64,000 bases of DNA from positions 1,504,001-1,568,000 of the forward strand of contig OZ242008.1 in assembly GCA_965204735.1 (NCBI GenBank), given 5' to 3'. A model generated the notes under the pieces. It was not told the DNA's origin. It saw only the letters and a list, made by a program, of their open reading frames with translations, and ran no database searches. Source of the stretch: Longimicrobiales bacterium. Its GTDB lineage: Bacteria > Gemmatimonadota > Gemmatimonadetes > Longimicrobiales > Gaopeijiaceae. Of this stretch, positions 58,040 through 64,000 are shown one piece after another (the stretch's first letter is position 1; each line of letters begins with the position of its first letter). The translations under genes were made by a program, and so were the position numbers.

Positions 58040-58272
58040 GCTTCAGTCTGATCCGGCAGGCGTGAAGCACGCTGGCCGGGGCGTCCAAGGAATCGGTCGG
58101 CCCCTAGGCCGGGTGGCGGGTCGTTAAGGCCGTCGTTCCGCTTGCGTCCCCTTCGTCCTCCGCCGTATGGTGTAGCCACTCTGGTGACCCTTGTCGCAAG
58201 CCGCTGGCGTGCGCGCGGGGTTCCGTCGTCGATTCACGGGGCCGGTCCGCGAGACCGGCCTGGAGAGAATAC

Positions 58273-59841
58273 ATGGACCCGCTGGGTTGGGCCCTGGCGG
58301 TGGGGGCGCTCTTCGCCGGGGTATTGGGATACCTCCTGGGGAAGGGCCGCGAGCGTCGCCGACACGGCGTTCGCAGGGCCGCGGCCCAGGACGAAGCCTC
58401 GCGCATCCGCAAGCGCGCCGAGGAAGAGGCCGAGAGCTTGCGCCGAGCGGCGGAGCTGGGGGCCAGAGAGGACGCGCTCCGCCTCAAGGAGACGTGGGAA
58501 GCCGAAGAGAGCCGTCGCCGGGAAGAGGTCGAAAGAGGCGAGAATCGGCTGGCCGAGCGAGCCGGGACGGCAGACCGCAGATCCGAGCAGCTGGACCGGC
58601 GCGAGGCTGGCCTCGAGGAGCGGATCAGGGGGATCGAGGAGAAGGAGCGCGAGTCCGACCGTCGCCGGAGCGAGTCCGACCTGCTGCTGGCGGACCTTCG
58701 CAAGCGGCTGGAAGTCGCGTCTGGCCTGTCGGCGGAGGACGCCAAGGCGGAGCTGATCGCGGGCCTGGAGGACGAAGCTCGGGCCGGGGCGGCGAACACC
58801 GTCCGCGCGATCAAGGAAGAAGCCCAGCGCACCGCCGACCACGAGGCGAAGCGCTTGGTCGCCATGGCGGTTCAGCGCATGGCCGCCGACGAGACTCCCC
58901 AGCTCACCGTCTCGGTGGTGCAGCTCCCTTCCGACGAGATGAAGGGACGGATCATCGGCCGGGAAGGGCGCAACATCCGGGCCTTCGAGCAGGCGACCGG
59001 CATCGACGTGGTCATCGACGACACGCCCGAGGCGGTGGTGCTCTCCGGCTACGATCCGGTCCGTCGCGAGATCGCCCGTTCCGCCCTGGCCAAGCTCGTG
59101 GAAGACGGTCGCATCCACCCCGCGCGCATCGAGGAAGCGGTCGCCGGGAGCCGAAGGGAAGTCCACGACGAGATGCGCGCGGCCGCCGAAGAGGCGCTCT
59201 ACGCGCTGGGCGTGCACGGGGTCCACAGCGAAGTGGTCAAGGTGCTGGGACGGCTGAAGTACCGGACTTCCTTCGGCCAGAACCAGCTTGCCCACTCCCG
59301 CGAGGTGGCCCAGCTGGCCGGGAGCTTGGCCGAGGAGATGGGACTGGACGCCAAGATGGCGCGCAGGGCGGGCATCCTGCACGACGTGGGCAAGGGGATG
59401 TCCCACGACCTGGAGGGCACCCACGTCGAGCTGGGCTACCGGCTCTGCAAGCGCCACGGCGAGCCCGACGTGGTGCTCAACGCCATCCAGGCCCACCACG
59501 ACGACGCGCCCCACGAGTACGCCGAGGCGTGGCTGGTGACGGCCGCCGACGCCATCAGCGGCTCCCGGCCCGGCGCCCGTCGCGAGATGTTCGAAGGCTA
59601 CGTCAAGCGTCTCGAGAGGCTGGAAGAGATCGCCGTCGGCGAGCCCGGAGTGGACCGCTGCTTCGCCATCCAGGCCGGCCGCGAGCTCCGGGTCATGGTC
59701 CGTCCCGAGAAGGTGTCCGACGACGACATGGCCCGCATCTCCGAGTCGGTGGCCCGCAAGATCGAGACCGAAGTCCAGTACCCGGGCCAGATCAAGGTCG
59801 TCGTGATCCGCGAGACCCGCGCCGTGGACTTCGCCCGCTAG
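58273..59841 (+). CDS. rny: Ribonuclease Y
   Basis: N-terminal TM, coiled coil, KH '[17 protein letters not shown]', HD 'LHDVGK', '[14 protein letters not shown]', '[12 protein letters not shown]'. Confidence 0.97.
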   Translation: MDPLGWALAVGALFAGVLGYLLGKGRERRRHGVRRAAAQDEASRIRKRAEEEAESLRRAAELGAREDALRLKETWEAEESRRREEVERGENRLAERAGTADRRSEQLDRREAGLEERIRGIEEKERESDRRRSESDLLLADLRKRLEVASGLSAEDAKAELIAGLEDEARAGAANTVRAIKEEAQRTADHEAKRLVAMAVQRMAADETPQLTVSVVQLPSDEMKGRIIGREGRNIRAFEQATGIDVVIDDTPEAVVLSGYDPVRREIARSALAKLVEDGRIHPARIEEAVAGSRREVHDEMRAAAEEALYALGVHGVHSEVVKVLGRLKYRTSFGQNQLAHSREVAQLAGSLAEEMGLDAKMARRAGILHDVGKGMSHDLEGTHVELGYRLCKRHGEPDVVLNAIQAHHDDAPHEYAEAWLVTAADAISGSRPGARREMFEGYVKRLERLEEIAVGEPGVDRCFAIQAGRELRVMVRPEKVSDDDMARISESVARKIETEVQYPGQIKVVVIRETRAVDFAR

Positions 59842-59879
59842 CCCTCTTTCCCCCACCACCAAGGACGCGAACCTCCCTT

Positions 59880-60779
59880 ATGTCCGCCAAGATCATCTCC
59901 GGCAAGGAGATCGCCCGCCAGATCCGCGAAGAGCTCCACGAGCAAGTGGCCCGCTTGGCCAAGGAAGGGCTGGTGCCGGGACTGGCCACGGTCCTGGTCG
60001 GCGAAGACCCGGCCAGCCGCCTCTACGTGGGCATGAAGAACAAGGCTGCGGCCGCGGCCGGCATCCACTCGCGGCAGCTGACCCTCTCCGACGAGACCAG
60101 CGAGGCCGAGCTGCTGGCACTGGTGGACGAGCTCAACGCCGACCCGGAGATCCACGGCATCCTGGTCCAGCTTCCCCTGCCGAAGCAGATCGACGAGGCG
60201 AAGGTGCTGCTGGCCGTCGACCCGGCGAAGGACGTGGACGGCTTCCATCCCGTTAACGTCGGACGCCTCGCCACCGGGGACCCGGAGGTGCTGGCGCCGT
60301 GCACCCCCCGCGGCGTGATCGAGATGCTGCTGCGCAGCGGAGCGGACCCGTCGGGGAAGCACGTGGTCGTGGTGGGCCGCTCCAACATCGTGGGCAAGCC
60401 GATGGCGTTCCTCCTGCTGCGGCGGGCGCCTGGGGGCAACGCCACCGTGACGGTGGCCCACAGCCGCACCGCCGACCTGGGCGCGGTGACTCGAACGGCC
60501 GACATCCTCGTGGTCGCCGTGGGGTGGGCCGGGCTCGTCACGGGCGAGATGATCAAGCCCGGCGCGGTGGTGATCGACGTGGGCACCAACAGAGTGGACG
60601 ACCCGACCCGGGAGCGGGGCTACAAGGTCGTCGGCGACGTGGAGTTCGATTCGGCCAAGGAGGTGGCGTCGGCGATCACGCCGGTGCCGGGCGGCGTCGG
60701 CCCCATGACGATCGCGATGCTCCTGGCCAACACCGTCGAGGCCGCGGTCCGCCTGCGGGCGAAGGGCGTCGGTCCGTGA
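59880..60779 (+). CDS. folD: Bifunctional methylenetetrahydrofolate dehydrogenase/cyclohydrolase
   Basis: '[17 protein letters not shown]', '[10 protein letters not shown]', 'KDVDGFHP.N', '[10 protein letters not shown]', '[11 protein letters not shown]'. Confidence 0.97.
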   Translation: MSAKIISGKEIARQIREELHEQVARLAKEGLVPGLATVLVGEDPASRLYVGMKNKAAAAAGIHSRQLTLSDETSEAELLALVDELNADPEIHGILVQLPLPKQIDEAKVLLAVDPAKDVDGFHPVNVGRLATGDPEVLAPCTPRGVIEMLLRSGADPSGKHVVVVGRSNIVGKPMAFLLLRRAPGGNATVTVAHSRTADLGAVTRTADILVVAVGWAGLVTGEMIKPGAVVIDVGTNRVDDPTRERGYKVVGDVEFDSAKEVASAITPVPGGVGPMTIAMLLANTVEAAVRLRAKGVGP

Positions 60780-60950
60780 AGGCCGGCGGCGAGCGAGCCC
60801 CCGCGAGCTGGGCGTGACCGTGAACATCTCCACGGGGAGGACGCCCCGGATGCCGCCGCCGCGCCCCGGCCCCGCGAGCCGGGCGTGACCGCGAACATCT
60901 CCACGGGCGCTTGGTCCGTGAGGGCCGGCGGCGAGTGAGCCCCCGCGAGC
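60771..60950. repeat. Degenerate tandem repeat (71-bp period) in the folD-xseA spacer
   Basis: cccgcgagc(t/c)gggcgtgaccg(t/c)gaacatctccacggg at 60800 and 60871; a 38-bp segment at 60771-60808 recurs at 60913-60950 with 2 mismatches. Confidence 0.8.
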
Positions 60951-62308
60951 CCGACCTCTTCTCCAGCGCGGCGGGCAAGGACCCAGGGCCTCGGTTGGTC
61001 GAAGACGGCGCCGGGCCCGGCCTGCGCGACGCGCCCAAGGAACGCCGGGCGCCCGCTCGGACGAACGAACTTCGCCTGCCCGGCCCGCGAGTCTGGTCGG
61101 TCGGCCAGGTCAACCGGGCGGCCCGCCTTCTGCTGGAGCAGTCGCTGCCCCGCATGTGGGTGTCGGGCGAGGTGGCCAACTTCAAGCGCCACCGCTCCGA
61201 CCACCGCTACTTCACCCTCAAGGACGCGTCGGCCCAGCTTCGGTGCGTGCTCTTCCGCCGAGAGGCGGCCCGCCTGCCCATGGACCCCCGCGACGGGACG
61301 ACCGTGCGCGTCTTCGGCCACCTGACGCTCTACGAGGCCGGCGGCGCCTACCAGTTCGTCGCGTCGAAGCTGGAGGCCGAGAGCGAGGGCGGGATGTGGA
61401 AGCTCGCCTTCGAGCGCCTTCGGAAGCGGCTGGAGGCCGAGGGGCTCACCGACCCGGCGCGCAAGCGGCCGCTGCCGACGTTTCCGCGGGCGGTGGGGGT
61501 GGTCACCTCGCCGGGAAGCGCTGCGCTGCGGGACATCGTGGCCGTCGTGCGCCGTCGCGCGCCCTGGGTGCGGCTGGTGGTGCGCGGCGCGACCGTGCAG
61601 GGGGAGGGCGCCGCCCTAGAGGTCGCCTCTGCCGTGGCCCGCCTGGGGGAGACCGATGTGGACGTGATCGTCGTCGCCCGAGGAGGGGGGTCGGTGGAGG
61701 ACTTGTGGGCGTTCAACGAAGAGCCCGTCGCCAGGGCGGTCGCCGCCAGCCGGGCGCCGGTGGTCTCGGGAGTCGGACACGAGACCGACGTGACGATCTG
61801 CGACTTGGTGGCGGACGTGCGGGCCGCGACGCCATCCGCCGCGGCCGAGGCCGTCGTGCCCGAACGACGGGCGGTCGAGCGGATTCTCGACGCCTACGGC
61901 CTACGCTTGGGAAGAGCGCTCGCTTCCCGGGCCCGTTTCCACAGGGAGCGGCTGGAGCGCGGCGAGGACGCCCTCTTCCGCCGGGTCCGCCGTTTGGTGC
62001 CGGCGCGACGGGAACGCCTTGAACGAGGACGCGCCGCCATGGCCGGCGCCGTGGGCCGCCGCATCGACCGAGACGCTGTGCGCTTGGCCGGCGCGTCCGC
62101 CGCGATGGAGGCGCTGTCGCCCCTTTCGACCCTTGCGCGCGGCTACGCGGTCCCCCTGGACCGGAAGGGACGCCTCCTCCGCGGCACCGGCGACTTCGCG
62201 CCGGAGATGGCCTTCCGCCTTCGGGTCGTGGACGGGAGCGTGGCGTGCACGGTGACCGATCCCCCCGCCGGCGACGCGACCCAGGGCGAGCGACCGGCCG
62301 CCCGATGA
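60935..62308 (+). CDS. xseA: Exodeoxyribonuclease VII large subunit
   Basis: 'WVSGEVANF...H.YFTLKD', 'VGVVTSPGSAALRDI', 'VQGEGA', 'ARGGGSVEDLWAFNEE', 'SGVGHETD.TICDLVAD.RA.TPSAAAE', 'LSP...LARGYA'. Confidence 0.95.
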   Translation: MSPREPDLFSSAAGKDPGPRLVEDGAGPGLRDAPKERRAPARTNELRLPGPRVWSVGQVNRAARLLLEQSLPRMWVSGEVANFKRHRSDHRYFTLKDASAQLRCVLFRREAARLPMDPRDGTTVRVFGHLTLYEAGGAYQFVASKLEAESEGGMWKLAFERLRKRLEAEGLTDPARKRPLPTFPRAVGVVTSPGSAALRDIVAVVRRRAPWVRLVVRGATVQGEGAALEVASAVARLGETDVDVIVVARGGGSVEDLWAFNEEPVARAVAASRAPVVSGVGHETDVTICDLVADVRAATPSAAAEAVVPERRAVERILDAYGLRLGRALASRARFHRERLERGEDALFRRVRRLVPARRERLERGRAAMAGAVGRRIDRDAVRLAGASAAMEALSPLSTLARGYAVPLDRKGRLLRGTGDFAPEMAFRLRVVDGSVACTVTDPPAGDATQGERPAAR

Positions 62309-62559
62309 GCGACGAAGCCCCGGCGAGGGACGCCGTTCCAGCGAGCGAAGCGGTTTCCGAGGTCGCCGAAATGGGACTGGAGGCCCGCCTGGCCCGGATC
62401 GAGGAGATCGCTCGGACGCTGGATTCGGACGCCCTGGGCTTGGACGAGGCGCTTGCGCTCTTCGAGGAAGGCGTCGCCCACGTTCGTCGCGCGAAGGCGC
62501 GCTTGGGCGCCGCAGAACTCAAGGTCGAGGAGCTCACCGCCACGGGAGAAGATGTCTGA
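62305..62559 (+). CDS. xseB: Exodeoxyribonuclease VII small subunit
   Basis: 'LEARLARIEEI...L....LGLDEALALFEEGV...A...L..AELKVEEL'; ATGA overlap with xseA. Confidence 0.92.
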   Translation: MSDEAPARDAVPASEAVSEVAEMGLEARLARIEEIARTLDSDALGLDEALALFEEGVAHVRRAKARLGAAELKVEELTATGEDV

Positions 62560-63424
62560 CCGCACGCGGATCGAGTCGGCGATCGAGCGGGCGTTGGGCG
62601 ACTTGACCCAAGTGCTGCCGCCGCCGCTCGCGGAGGTCGCTTGGACCGGGGTCGCCAGCGGGGGGAAGCGCCTGCGCCCGATGCTGACGGTCGCCGCCTA
62701 CGAGGAGGTGGGCGGCGTGCCGGCCGAGCCGGTCTACGACTTGGCGGCGTCGGTGGAGCTGATCCACGCCTACTCCCTCATGCACGACGACTTGCCCTGC
62801 ATGGACGACGCTCCCCTGCGCCGGGGCGTCCCCACCCCTCACGTGGTCCACGGCGTGGCGTCCACCGCGCTGGCGGGTGCCGCGCTGATCCCCTGGGCCG
62901 CCGCCCGCGCCTACGAGGCCGCTTCCGCCGTCGGAAGGCCGCCCCCTGAAGCCGCCCGCATCGCCGAGCGCCTGCTGGAAGCGGCGGGTGCCGGGGGAAT
63001 GATCGGCGGCCAGTTCCTCGACCTGCTGGCCGAGGGCCGGACCCTGGACGAGGAGGAGCTGTCGGTTCTTCACGGCCTCAAGACGGGCGCCCTTCTCTCC
63101 GCCTCCCTGGAGGTGGGGGCGATGGCGGCGGGCGCCGACGACGATCTGCTCGCGGCGGTGAGCGCGTTCGGGCGGCGCCTGGGGCTGGCGTTTCAGGTCA
63201 TGGACGACGTGCTGGACGCCACCGCCTCCTTGGACGTCCTGGGCAAGCTGCCGTCGGACGAGGCGATGGCGAAGTCGACCTACGTGGCGCTTCTGGGCGT
63301 CGACGGCGCACGCAAGAGGGGAGGGCAGCTGGCGGCCCGGGCGGAGGCGGCCCTGGACGCGGCGGGCCTTGCGGCTCCCCGACTGAAGCAGCTGGCCCGG
63401 TTCGTGATCGAGCGACGGCGGTGA
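62552..63424 (+). CDS. ispA: Polyprenyl diphosphate synthase (farnesyl diphosphate synthase-like)
   Basis: 'GGKRLRP', 'ELIHAYSLMHDDLPCMDD..LRRG.PT', 'GMIGGQ.LD', 'KTGAL', 'LGLAFQVMDDVLD'. Confidence 0.92.
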   Translation: MSDRTRIESAIERALGDLTQVLPPPLAEVAWTGVASGGKRLRPMLTVAAYEEVGGVPAEPVYDLAASVELIHAYSLMHDDLPCMDDAPLRRGVPTPHVVHGVASTALAGAALIPWAAARAYEAASAVGRPPPEAARIAERLLEAAGAGGMIGGQFLDLLAEGRTLDEEELSVLHGLKTGALLSASLEVGAMAAGADDDLLAAVSAFGRRLGLAFQVMDDVLDATASLDVLGKLPSDEAMAKSTYVALLGVDGARKRGGQLAARAEAALDAAGLAAPRLKQLARFVIERRR

Positions 63425-64000
63425 CGGCCCCGCGCTCCCCCTCCACCGCCTTTCGGCGCATCGCGATCTTCGGCAAGGAGGCGCTCGGCCCCGCTTCCGG
63501 CCGACTTCGCGACGAGGGGCCCGGCCCGGCCGTCGCCCGCGCCTGTCGCAGCGTGGCGAAGGTGGCGGCCGAGTTCGGAGCGACCGTGACCGTCGAGCCC
63601 TCGCTGGCCCCGATCGTGGGCAGGGGCGCCGGCGTGGAGGCGGCAGCCGACGTGGCGTCCGCCGATCTGCTGATCTCGCTCGGAGGCGATGGAACCCTGC
63701 TTCGGGCGGCCCGCTCGGTCCTGGAGGACATTGTTCCCGGCCCGGAGGCAGTTCCCGGCTCGGAGCCGCCCCCCAGCCCGGAGGCGGCCCCCAGCCAGGC
63801 GGCTCCCAGCCCGGAGACGATTGCCAGCCTGGAGGCGGCTCCCAGCCCGGGGACGGTTTCCAGCCCGGGGACCGTTCCCCGCCAGGCGGCTCCCGGCCCG
63901 GAGACGGCTCCCAGCCCGGAGACGGTTCCCGGCTCGGAGCCGAACTCGCCTGGTCCGGAGCGCAACGTTCCCTTGTCTGACGACCGTGCGCCCGTCCCAG
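63421..64000 (+). CDS. nadK: NAD(+) kinase, 3'-truncated by window edge (absent from the supplied ORF track)
   Basis: GTG overlaps the ispA stop; frame stays open to the window end and contains 'DLLISLGGDGTLLRAAR'. Confidence 0.85.
   Translation, partial: MTAPRSPSTAFRRIAIFGKEALGPASGRLRDEGPGPAVARACRSVAKVAAEFGATVTVEPSLAPIVGRGAGVEAAADVASADLLISLGGDGTLLRAARSVLEDIVPGPEAVPGSEPPPSPEAAPSQAAPSPETIASLEAAPSPGTVSSPGTVPRQAAPGPETAPSPETVPGSEPNSPGPERNVPLSDDRAPVP
63733..63942 (+). repeat. In-frame 18-bp (some 15-bp) tandem repeat, about 12 units, inside nadK
   Basis: Units such as gttcccggcccggaggca, gctcccagcccggagacg, gttcccggctcggagccg (VPGPEA/APSPET). Confidence 0.85.

Noticed and set aside
58040..58140. 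Target-site duplication flanking adhesin 2
   Set aside because: I found no repeat of the cytochrome c 3' end or its downstream sequence here by eye.
58191..59879. Long N-terminal extension of folD in the ORF track
   Set aside because: Overlaps rny in another frame; FolD similarity starts at ATG 59880.
60800..60950. CRISPR-like pattern (37-bp repeats with 34-bp gaps)
   Set aside because: Only two full repeats, one 'spacer' duplicates the adjacent folD end, no leader and no cas genes in the window.
1..64000. tRNA, rRNA or integrase genes
   Set aside because: None recognisable; intergenic spaces are short and lack tRNA-like motifs.

Overview
GC-rich bacterial chromosome window. The gene order and content are compatible with a Gemmatimonadota-like organism, but this is inferred, not shown. 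There are three parts. (1) 1-16.5 kb is an accessory/defence-rich island. It holds a tandem pair of P-loop (STAND-like) ATPases, the second with wHTH/TPR. It also has an SF1 helicase plus DUF2290-like gene (frameshifted by a 4-bp duplication), a Mad3-like ABC-type ATPase with a truncated Mad4-like partner, an NCS2 permease, an Rpn nuclease with a nested internal start, a secreted cyanophycinase-like peptidase, an internally deleted IS1634 transposase and a split sacsin-like GHKL/DUF3883 gene whose ATPase motifs are in permuted order. (2) A core backbone runs thrS-(vapB/truncated vapC)-infC-rpmI-rplT-pheS-pheT-zapB-like-zapA ... rny-folD-xseA-xseB-ispA-nadK. (3) About 33 kb between zapA and rny carries soxC and a SoxD-like cytochrome c interleaved with two paralogous giant autotransporter-like adhesins (about 5,800 and 4,500 aa; 35 and 25 Ig-like repeats plus 5 cadherin-like domains). 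Each adhesin gene has a C16 homopolymer at its 5' end, and the first is bracketed by a 31-bp duplication of the soxC 3' end. All family assignments come from motif recognition by eye; no database search was run.
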